DNA of 64,000 bases. Origin: Sminthopsis crassicaudata (lineage: Eukaryota). The stretch covers positions 631,822,958 to 631,886,957 of the forward strand of contig NC_133617.1 of the NCBI RefSeq assembly GCF_048593235.1, read 5' to 3'. The notes under the pieces were generated by a model. It was given only the letters and a program-made list of their open reading frames with translations, had not been told where the DNA came from and searched no databases. Position numbers and translations under genes: made by a program. Shown one piece after another: positions 9,612 through 20,197 of the stretch (positions are counted from its first letter, which is position 1; the number at the start of each line of letters is the position of its first letter).

Positions 9612-12600
9612 TTAGTGACTGAGAGTCTTGTCCTGCCACACCAGTTCCCCTGCAATGTATGTGGCTTTGACATTCAGGGAGTCATCGAGGACCACGAAGT
9701 CTGTAGACAAAACACGATGGAAAAATGTCCTTGTGAGGCATCAACCTCCTAGTATGCTGCCCCCCCATGGTTTTCATCTGGCCAAGATATCTTCACAGCA
9801 TTTTAGAACTGAGAGGAACTTCAGAAGCTTTGGACTTCAGTCCAACTCATACCTGGAAAAAAAAAATCCCTTCTACAAAATAACTGGCAGATGCTGCTCA
9901 GCCTTTGGTGAAAGACCTTTGGTGAAGGTCTTTCAGGGGAACCACGGGCTCCTGAAGCAGTCTCTTTCCATTTATCTGGTCTAAATTTGCTTTGTTAACC
10001 CCACTGTGACCAAGCACAATACCTCTAATCCCTCTTCCAATGCCTTAGTCAACTATCATGTCTCTAAGTCTTTTCTTCAGGCTAGATATCTTTAGTTTCA
10101 AATGGTCATCACATTCCCATCTTCACCCAGTATCTCATTTTATCACCATTCTTCCTTGAGAATTCAACAGAGGATCATCCCCATCTGATAGATGAGGAAA
10201 CTGAGGCATAAAGAAGAGTATGTCATGTATAATTGATAACACATATTTCTTGCTTTCTCAAGAGGTAGAGGAAACAGGAAGAGAATCTGGAATTCAAAAT
10301 TTTTTTTAAAATGACAAGATTTAAAAAGTTGCGAAATGTTTACTGAAACAATTAACATGTGTATATATACATATGTACATGCACACATGGGTATGTTTGT
10401 GTGATTGTGTGTAAACAGAGTGAGTTACCCAATATTAAAAGCATAATTTAGACTAGCATACACTTAGGATGAATATCCAACACTAGAAACCAGAATGGGA
10501 AGGGGGGAATGTTTCAGAAAGATCCCAGGATATTTACTCTTAAACTCCCACAGTTCTCCCTTAAACGTAACCTGCTCCTGCCTCTCTCCTTTCCCTGCTT
10601 ATTTCTCTTTAGGAGCTTCCTAGAAAAAGGCAGAGCAGTAAGATCTGGGCCCTTATCATCCATCTTTCCTGTGAGGGCCTCAATTTTTCATCAGCAAAAT
10701 AAGATAATGAACTAATTATTAGGTAGGAGACTCCCTAAGTAGTGTTAGGGAGAGAAAGCATCAGGGAGAAGGATTCAACCCAGAGAATATCAAGAACCTT
10801 CTGGAGCTGAAAGCTTCTTCCCATTCAAGGAGACCACAGTTGTGATAATATAGCTTTTGATTTTCATTATCTGGTTCCCAGCTTAATCTCTCAGCACTAC
10901 TGGCAACAAATTCTAAATTAGCTTTAGCCAATGTTGGTTTCAGAATGGCTAAAATAAAAGAGCTGGTTTAGTTGGTGAGCAGATGTGGTATCCTACATTC
11001 AAAAATAGCAGAGAAGATGTTTCCAGCTACTGAGGCCAGAAAGGAAGGGGGGAAGATTTCATTTTTGAGTCTTGAAATTAGTATCACAGGAAACTGTCTT
11101 GAGATTTCAAAACCTGAGGCTACAGTAAACAGAAGACTGTACCCTTTCACCACAGAGTGCACTCCACCACATTCCCAAACCCCAGGTACCTGCATCGGAG
11201 CCAAAGTCCAAGGTCCCCTTTTGTTTTTCTATCCCCAGCAGCTGGGCTGGGTGAAGCGTTGCAGCCTCAAGCGCCATCTCCACACTGCAGCCTGTTGGGC
11301 AAGTGATGAGTATGAGCAAACTCCTTTCCTCTGGAACGATTTCTGTGATGCTGCCTTCCAGTTTGGCCAGAATGATGGCCATCTGGCTTCAGGAAGTGGG
11401 TAATAAGGAGTAGAGGACAAAGGGGTGTCTTGGGAGAGAGCTTCCCTACTGAGATACATGTGTTTTTCATTCCCTGGCCTAAAAGTTTCCAGTTGTGTTC
11501 TGTTAACATTGAAAACCTATATGGATTGTCCTACTTCTGAAATTATTGAAAACCTATATGGATTGTCCTACTTCTGAAATTAATCAGGCACACAGCCATA
11601 GATGAATAGCAGAGAGAACACAGAGCTACAATATTTCACCCAAATTCTCAGGGACCAAGGCCCCCTCAGAAGTTGTGACTTCCAGAGGCAAACAAACAAG
11701 AGCATATCCAGGCCCAGAAGAATAGATCCAGAAACTCAATGGCATTGCAGCCAAAAAGGTTTATGCCCTGATTGGAGGAGGAAGAAAAATCAAAAGTAGA
11801 GAGCCATTGGAAGCAACAAGTTGCCCAAATCCCACCTCCCACCTCCCCCCCTATATTTAGACTTCTTGGTCTCAGGCTCAAAGAGCACCTATCTTTTTCC
11901 CCACTCTGAGAACCTGTGGCGTGGAGGAAGTGCCGGACACAAGCATCCAGTGGGGCCACACTGCCACAAAGTGTTTTGGTACCTATGGAAGAAGAGACAA
12001 GATAGATGGAAACAAAGTGAGAGACAGACATGGATGGAGGTAGTTGAAGGATTCTAGAAAGGGTTGGATTTCAGTGGTAGATGCTACCACTGGTCAGGGA
12101 CACTGACAAGGATGAGGTGTTTCGTGGGATATTAGAACTGTTTCAGTTATATTTTTCAAGGGGAAGGAAGTTGACTAGAAATGAGCCATTAAAACATAAA
12201 TCTGTATCTCCCCTTACCAGCCACACAGCATGTCAGCCCATCCACCTCAACATCTTGCTGACCCAATGTGTGTCGACCATTGCCCAAGCCCAGGGCAGGA
12301 ATAGCATCTGTAACCAGCACAAGCCCTAGAAGAGAGAAAGATCATAGCTTCTGTCACACACTGGGCTCCTGAACTCTGCTCTCCATCCCTGTGGTTCTGG
12401 CCTTTTCCTCCCCACCTTTGGGATGGGCGCGGTGTGCAATCCTTAAGGCTGCAGGATTGGTATGGATACCATCTGCGATCATTCCAAAGAACACTTGCCG
12501 TCCAGGTGGGATCTGGTCACTAGTCAAAAGACCCACAATGCCAGGATCACGATGATGAAACTGAAAGGATAACAGTGTGTGTGTGTGGGAAGGCCAGAAG

Positions 12601-15600
12601 CCAATGGAAGAGGCAGACTGATGGAGTGCTCCAGGCTGCCAGTGTCCCCTGCCCAGGCCAGTGGCTTAGAAAACCTGCATGCTCTTGAGCCCCCCCCCCC
12701 CCAAACAATATTGCTGCTTTTCCTCAAGGATGTCCTTCACCAGAACACTGAGAGACCAGAATTGCCCCGGAGAGAAATGAGAGGTTACTCACAGGCAGCA
12801 TGGCGTTGAAGAGATGGGTGATAAAAGTGGCTCCATTCTGTACTGCTTCTTCAGCCTCCTTCAAGTGAGACACTGAATGACCTGGGGGAGTGGTTCATAA
12901 GAAAAGCAATTGGTGTTGGCAATTGTGGGGGGCATTTGAGAAGGGAGAATTATGATTTACTGGGAGCTTCCAGGTGACAGAAACCTGCTCTCACCTACAG
13001 ACACACAGATGCCACGGGAAGTGATTTCTCTGATAACTTCATAACTGCGTCTAAGTTCAGGGGCCAGGGTGATTATGGCAACATTTTCCAGGGATCCATA
13101 TGTTTTCAGCAATTCCTGGAATGCATCAGTCTCAAAGGTGCGAAGGTGGGATTCAGGATGTGCCCCCCTTTTCTCATGGCTAATGAACGGTCCTTCCAAA
13201 TGCACTCCTGAACAACAGAGAAAAGGGATTCAAAGCAGGCTCATTGTAATGTCCTCTCCCTTTAGCCCTCTGCTCCATCTTTCTCCCCAGGTAGGCAGAC
13301 AAGGAGTACAAAAATATGATTGTCAAAGAGCCCTAAGGGTAAAAGATTAGTTACTCACCAAGGACTCCTGCTCCTTGGGAGCTACCATTTCTCACAATGA
13401 TCTGAGGAAGGACCTGGAAGAAAAGAGCAACTAAAGCTCTAGAGCATTCTGGATCCTCTTGTCTAAAGCTCAAAGCCAAAGTTGTGTGGCCCAGCAGACT
13501 ACTTGCACATCCTGGCACCAAGGACTCCAGCCTAAGCACAGAGCTCAGAGTCCAGAATCAAGCCCGTCCCAGAATCCACAGCACAGAGCTCAGAATCCAG
13601 AGTCCGGAGCCACACCCAGCACCTGGCCCAAAGCCAAGACCCTAAGGACCATAGCCCAGAACACATCGAAGAACCCAATACCTAACACATTTCACAGCTT
13701 CTCTCTTCTCCCAGGAGAAGAACTGCATGGCTGGTAGGACTAAATGGGCAGGAAAAAAAAAAATCAGAAAATCAGTTAAGAGAACTCTGAGGGCCTGAGC
13801 CAAGGAACAGGATGGAATTAGATATGAAAGCAAAAGTAGTCACAGAAAGTGAACATCAGGACAGATCCCTACAAAATATGAAGCAATAGCAGGATACAGC
13901 AGGAAAACCTGAGGTATAGAAAAGTTCAGGGCACAGGAAAATCCAGCCTAGAAATGGATTGAATTTTCCTTTCAACTACTCCTTTACAAAAATAGTGCCA
14001 ACCTATCTCTGCAATGTCTAAAAGATGCAATAACACATTAGGCCTAGGAGTGAGTGATCTTAGTAATTAGCTAAGGAAACTTCCCAGAATGGAAATGAGT
14101 TATCCAAAGTCACATATCAGGGTGGAAGCAGAGGCAAGCTTCCTCCACCCAATGGCAGTGAGGTGGCTCAGTGGAGAGTGAGGGTCCTGAACTCAAAGAC
14201 TCAGTTAAAATCCTGCCAAGTGCTGCTGGGCAGGTACTTCAGCATCCCCGCCCAAAGTTATTGTGAAGATCAAATTGATGAGGTTTCAAATGAAATTAGG
14301 TTTAATTGAGGTCTAGTGGCAGTTCGGGGCACAGGGAGTCAAATAGAGCTCCCCTGCAACCCCTTTGGATTCGGTGCAAGGATACAGAGTTAAATGAGGC
14401 CTAGTGGCGGCACAGAGTACCCTGTAAAAGAATTTACAGACCCGAAAACCTAGATTGATAAAGGTTTATTATAGGGTTTGGAAGTAAAGTTAAAGTCTAG
14501 TTAGTAAAAGGGAAGGTAGAGATAAAAGGGCACTGGAAATAGGATTCCAATGGACAGAGGTCCTTGGCATGCCAGGCATAAGGCTGCCATGTTAGGAACC
14601 TCTGCAAAGAGAGAGCTCCAGCTTGGCTCTTTTATAATGAGAGATTTAGCTAAAGGAGCCTGTGGGTAGTGTCCCAAGTTGCCCAGGATAACTCCACACT
14701 TACCTCCTCCCAAGTCTAATCTTTCCTTTATAAACCCTAAGTTCTAGTCAGACTGTTCAATACACTTTCTCTCCACTTCCCCCATCATCATATCCATAAA
14801 TGTATGGCAATTTACTAAGGTACTCTCCACACCCAGAATGATCTCAGCTCCCAATTATACCTTTTAGAGAAGTTATACCTCCACCTCAAATAGAATAGTG
14901 AGCACCAGAGGGCAGGGACCACACCTTAAGCTCTGTCTCTACAAGTGTTATCAGTGATCTACATAACTGAATAAGTAACAGAACTAAGACCAAGGCAAAG
15001 AAATTGTGTTAAGTGATATTAAATGCTGTCCTAGAAGTGCTAGTAGGAATGATGTGAAACAACCAGAACCCTGACTTGTATCCATATTGAAATCTGGGAA
15101 TTCTACACTTAGGTAAGATATATAGGAAAGTATTAAATACTTAACCATAACAAAGGTTAAGAGAATTAGAATTGGCTAAGGGGCATAACAGGAAAAGGCA
15201 AGAGTATGAAAAGACAGAAAAATGTCATGGGACCCTTTTTGGAAGCTGAGTAGAAACATGAGTAATGACAATACAAGTCAAGGGGATGGAAGAATTAGGG
15301 AGCAAATAGTCTATACATAAGAAGACTTCTTTGATAAAAGATGTCTGCTCCACCATTTATTTGGTCCTGGAATGTGGATTGTTGCACAAGGCAAAGACTT
15401 TCTGGATCAAACTAGGAACTCTGGTATTAAAGGTAAATCAAAGGGCTATCCAAACTTAGGTCTTGTATTGCATGATCCTCAGCAGGTCTACATGATACTA
15501 CTTGGGAAGAGTGAGGGAGGACCCCAATCCTCAGGTGGTGTTCTATGTCTGAAGCAACTGTACATGGCTTTGAAGAAAGTAGTCCACTTATTTTGCAAAA

Positions 15601-16050
15601 CTTACAAGTGCCCTACAAACTTATTGGACACTATGCCAAGTCTTTACAAATATTACATCATCCAATGGGGAAAAAAAGTCCTGAAACCATATGGTTAAGT
15701 ATATTACTATTAGCCTGTTCAATGAGAAAGCACAAGCCTCTCAAAGAGAAGCCAATAACTAATAAAATTCATTCCCATACCTTCTATGGCCCAAGTCAAG
15801 ATTCTTCCTCTGTACCCTGCAAAACCTTCCCAAATCCAGAAGAACCTGTTTCATTACCAAAATAAATAGGAAAAAAGAAAAAGGAGCTACTTTTCACTTT
15901 GTCTAAGACCTTCAACTTGTAATCATGACCATGGTCTTTATGGGAAGGGTTTCAGTGGGTGAAAGGGAGTTTCAACAACGTGCCTGAAAACAGGGCCCTA
16001 GATTAGAAAGCCTCTGGGATTTTAGTATTACCTAAGAGTTCTTTGGATGG

Positions 16051-16099
<49 letters not shown>

Positions 16100-18658
16100 C
16101 AATGACAATACTAAAGAAACCCAGTTTACATACCTTGTGATAAATATCCGGCGGTGAAGTGACCAGAGTTGGACAGAATGAAGTAACCCCGTAAGCCAGG
16201 AGATTCTTGGCAACCAAAGCAATCCCTGAACCTACATCTTCACTGGGCAGGGAGAAGTCCACCCCAAATCCACCTGTGGCCAGAGAAAGAAGCTGACACT
16301 ACCCCATCCACCCCACCAGTCCCTGGGCTAGAACTTGTATTAGGAAACTGCTCCATCAGTGTAATGGATTAATTTTATCTATATTCCTATTGAGTGACCC
16401 ATAGTAGTTGGAACCACAGAAACCAGAGTCCGATAACAATGGAGCAAGATTCCCCATGGGTTAAGGAATTAAGAAATCAAATGAATTAGCTCTGTAGAAG
16501 TTGAAAGCTGGTCCAGAGCTTAGGGAATATGTCTGAGGGAGGACTAACAATTGAATAGACAAAGACCATTAGTCAAAAATATTTAAGGGAAACAAAGTAG
16601 ATTTCATACAGTAATGAGGTGTTGGGGGTTCAATGAAGACAATAAGGCTCTTAAGCCTCCCTTAAGGTAGATGTGCAATTAGGAATAGAAGGGAAAGGTG
16701 TCCTAAGGAAGTTCCCAGTTCTGTGGTAAAAGCAGTGAAAGCAAAAGTAGAGGAGCCGGAGAGTGTACAATTGGGGCTGGGAGAGGAGGGAAGGAAGGGA
16801 ACCTTTTCCTACCATTTATTTGAACATCAATGAAGCCTGGAGCCAAGATGTGACCCTCACAGTCCCTCTGCTCATCAGCTGATCTCTTCTCTTCAAAGAA
16901 AAGCTTCTCTGGATCCAGGATTCGGCCTCCTCGAATCCACAGGTCCTCCCTGAAAGTGCAGAAGAGTTTAAACAAATAGATTGGGAGTAAGGATGATGGG
17001 GACCTCCCCACAAAGAATCCTATCTCCAAGGGTTACTGTTTCTTTAACTAAGGGTAATTCACTAGATACGTCAAGTGCCGAGCAAGCATTTGAGTAGTCA
17101 AGGAAGACTCCTTAGCCACATACAAGACTCAAGAAAAGCATAAAGATAAACAGGAAAGAAAAAAAAAAAAACATCCTTTAAAGGTTAAACTGTTTATATT
17201 CCTACCTGGGAAGATAATACTTGGAACTCTTGAGAATTGTCTTTTACTAGGGCAGTCAGAAAGGGTATACATAGAAGGTGTGGATATAAGTTGACTTTGA
17301 TGTGATGATATTAAAAAAAAAAATTAAGGAATAGAAAAAGGATAGGATAAGAGGAATGGGGAGATAAAATGAGATAAATCACATCACATGAAGAAGCACA
17401 CCTATTATTACAGTAAAGGTGAACATGGTCTGAAGCTTAATTCCATCAGTTTGGGGATAGAATTTATCTTACTCCATAGTAATAGGAAAGAAAAAGGAGG
17501 GCACGTTGAGAAAAGCAGTGATTAGAAACAATGGTGAGGAAGGACAAGGTGGAAAAAGACAAAAAAGTATACACAGGGGAGAAAGCGAATTTTTAATATT
17601 TGAATATTGAGAAATACAGAGCTAGTAATCAGAATTATGAATGTGAATGGGATGAACTCTCCCATAAAACAAGTGATGGGCAGAATGATTAAAAACCACA
17701 ATCCTACGATATGTAGTTCACAAGAAATCTATATGGAACCTAGAGATGCACACAGATAAAGCATAAAAGTCTGGAGCAGAATCCATTATGCTTCAGAGGA
17801 AGGGAAAAAAAAGCAGGGGTACCAATTCTGATTGTAGACAAAACAAAAACAAAAAGATCTAATTAAAAGACAAAGAAGCAGCTATACCTTGTTAAAAGGT
17901 GCCACAAACAATGAAGTAACACCAATACTAAACATATGCAGCACCAGGTGGTACAGTATCCAAGTTCTTCAAGTCAAATGTGGCCTGAGACACTCACCTA
18001 AGTGACCACGGACAAGTCCCTTAACCCTGTTTGCCTCAGTTTCCTCATGTGTAAAATGAGGTGAAGAAGGAAATGGCAAACCACCCCAGCATCTTTGTAA
18101 AGAAAACCTCAAGTGGGGTCCCAAAGAGTCAGGTTAACAAAAACCTCAAGAAACTCTGCCCTAACTCCCTCCGACCTCCACCTCACCAAAACTCAGGGGC
18201 TCATCCTTCTCCAAAACCTGCTCTCCCTTCAGAACAAAGTGCTCTATTCTCCTCTAGAACAGGATCATCTCTCCCGCTCTAGAAGTCCTTTCTCCTTTTC
18301 TCGGATCCCGTAAGTTCTTCCACGTTCCAACCCTTTCCCAACCCAAAATCAGGAGTCGTTGCCCTCTGGGATTCTAGGAACTTACACTAACCTCAGTTCC
18401 CCCCTTCCTGGCACCCCTGCCCCCCCTCCAAATCCCGTCCCGGCTACGCTGGTTCATCTAACTCCAACCCCGTCCCAGCTACACTGGCTTCTATCCCCTT
18501 ATTCCCCCTTCTCCCCTTCCTCCTCCCCTCCCCGCCCCCCCCCCCCCCCCCCCGCTCCCTCTCCCAGCTCCGCACCTGAGCAGCGTGTGTCCGCGCAGAA
18601 TGCGGCAGTTAGTAAACTGTACGATTCGGGTCTCAGCCCCGACCTTCTGGGGTGGCAT
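9612..18658 (-). CDS. AMDHD2: N-acetylglucosamine-6-phosphate deacetylase (11 coding exons, 409 aa)
   Basis: Exons (minus): 18576-18658, 16813-16949, 16134-16273, 13359-13413, 12995-13207, 12793-12881, 12416-12560, 12218-12325, 11914-11982, 11190-11291, 9612-9700; total 1230 nt, all GT-AG. Motifs [26 protein letters not shown] and VTDAI (metal ligands and catalytic Asp) are intact. Confidence 0.98.
11508..11581. repeat. Perfect 37-bp tandem duplication in AMDHD2 intron 9
   Basis: attgaaaacctatatggattgtcctacttctgaaatt x2 (11508-11544, 11545-11581). Confidence 0.95.
14276..14698 (-). mobile_element. Solo LTR-like element in AMDHD2 intron 3, sense to the gene
   Basis: Minus strand begins TGTGG and ends about ...CATCA, with TATAAAA (14636-14630) and AATAAA (14470-14465) in U3-R order; abuts a MIR; no clean TSD found. 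Confidence 0.6.
16051..16098. repeat. A48 homopolymer (U48 on the transcript) near the AMDHD2 exon 3 donor
   Basis: Directly counted run, starting 35 nt into intron 3. Confidence 0.95.
17300..17965 (+). mobile_element. Degenerate L1 ORF2 endonuclease-region fragment (AMDHD2 intron 1, antisense)
   Basis: atgaatgtgaatgggatgaactctcccataaaac ... aaaaaccacaatcctacgatatgtagttcacaagaaa ([17 protein letters not shown]). Confidence 0.8.
17975..18150 (+). mobile_element. MAR1-type CORE-SINE
   Basis: CORE cctcagtttcctcatgtgtaaaatgag followed by RTE-derived tail gaaggaaatggcaaaccaccccagcatctttg...ggggtcccaaagagtcag. Confidence 0.8.
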
Positions 18659-19340
18659 GCTGGCCTGGGATACAGGATCGAGATGGTGCTAGGAAAGGAG
18701 AGCTCGGCTCGGAGCGAGAGTTCCACCTCCCGCGATTCTCCGCACCCAGAACTGGGGACCCTTCACCACTGGGTCGCTTCTTCCCGGGCTGTAGGGCCCA
18801 GCCCTGTCATGTGATCAATGATCAGCTGACTGCACGTGACTAGGCTCCGGCAACCGACCTCGCCCCCTTATAGCCCCGCCCACAAGCATCCCTTCTAGCG
18901 GTCATTCACCGACTTCAGCCGCTCCTTCCGACCCATACTCAGCCCCAGACCGGTTGAATCGGGGGAAGAGCGCGGCACTGCGGAGGCGGCTCCACCCTAC
19001 GGCGGCATGGGGTGCGTATAACGAGTGGTCAAGGGTCAGAGCAGGGTCATGACTAAGGGAATAAGTGGGATTGGCGAGTGACCCAAGAGGTCACAGGACT
19101 AGGTATGGGGGGTCGTGAGGGCGACGGCAGATCGGCTTCTCCTCTTCAAGCACTAGCTGCAGACTTTCAAAGCTTCTGCAGGAAGCTGTTGTGACCAGTC
19201 TCTCCCGCTTAGATTCCGTCTGAAGCCCCCTCCACCTCCATCCCGGAGCTCAGTACAAGCCGGAAGTATCCCGTCCCTCTCCCTCCCCCCCTCCGCTACC
19301 CAACGCAGCCAGCCCCATCTCCAAAACCCAACACTGCCCA
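18500..19340 (-). promoter_or_regulatory. CpG-island promoter of AMDHD2 with CLEAR/E-box-like, GC-box and ETS motifs
   Basis: GTCATGTGAT 18806-18815, TGCACGTGAC 18831-18840, CCCCGCCC about 18874-18881, CCGGAAGT about 19260-19267. Confidence 0.75.
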
Positions 19341-19562
19341 TAGAAACCGTAGTCTGAATTCTTGAAACTGAGAGCTATCTCAGACTTGTTTTCCTTTGTA
19401 ATCTTTGCATTTTATCCTCTTAATATGATTCCGAAAGGGATCCATAAAAGGTCAGACTGCCAAAGGCATCCTCGACCCAAAAAGTGGAGAGGAAGCTTGG
19501 CAGCAAAGGCTGCCCCACCCATGCACAGATCGACACACCACACCAGCCCCTCCAGTCAGATT

Positions 19563-19568
19563 TTTATT
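19563..19568 (-). terminator. ATP6V0C polyadenylation signal AATAAA
   Basis: Plus-strand tttatt about 630 nt after the stop codon, with GU-rich sequence (ggtgtgtgt) downstream on the transcript. Confidence 0.7.
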
Positions 19569-20197
19569 TGGAAACATCACTGTGAGCCCTGGTCCCGTGC
19601 TACACAGCACCACTGGAAACATATGTTCAAAATGTTCCCAAGTCATACAGTTTTTACTAATACCAGGACACTACAGCAATTGTGAATTTCAAATTATCAC
19701 ATCCAAGGAATTCTCAGCACTTGACATTTAACCCCACAGTGCAATAATCTACCTATATTTAAGATTAATATATAGCATGGGAGATTGAAAATTCTTGCTC
19801 CATAAACGTTATGAACATGTCAAATCTTTATAAATAAACATCCAGTGAAGAGAAAAATGACAATTCTAATTCATCTTTATACACAGAGTACTAACAGCAA
19901 ATGGGTAAGGGAGATTGAACGGCTGCCTGGCCGAACCCAGGAGGCCTCAGCCTCAGGCAGGCCCAGTCCAGGTGCCATCCAACCTGGTGCGGTGCGGACA
20001 TAGACAGAAGAGTCACTAAGACATTGCGCATTTACAAGACCAACTACCGACTGGACAACTGCACCAAGTGTCAGGCCATTCGTTCTGGAGCGAATTGGAA
20101 GGGATAGGGTGGTTCAAGACAGGTCTTTACATCATACTCTGTGGCTGCAGGGAAGTGGGGGTGGGGTGGGGCACTGGGAAGAATGGGAAAACAGGAT

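Noticed and set aside
10972-11403. Antisense ORF over AMDHD2 exon 10 as a possible CEMP1 equivalent
   Set aside because: No resemblance to CEMP1 as I recall it; overlaps the reverse frame of a real exon
15372-15865. Two overlapping 106-108 aa ORFs in AMDHD2 intron 3
   Set aside because: No recognisable domain, splice structure or polyA/TSD signature of a retrocopy
18520-18553. G-run/G-quadruplex potential just inside AMDHD2 intron 1
   Set aside because: Common feature of CpG-island first introns; nothing distinctive
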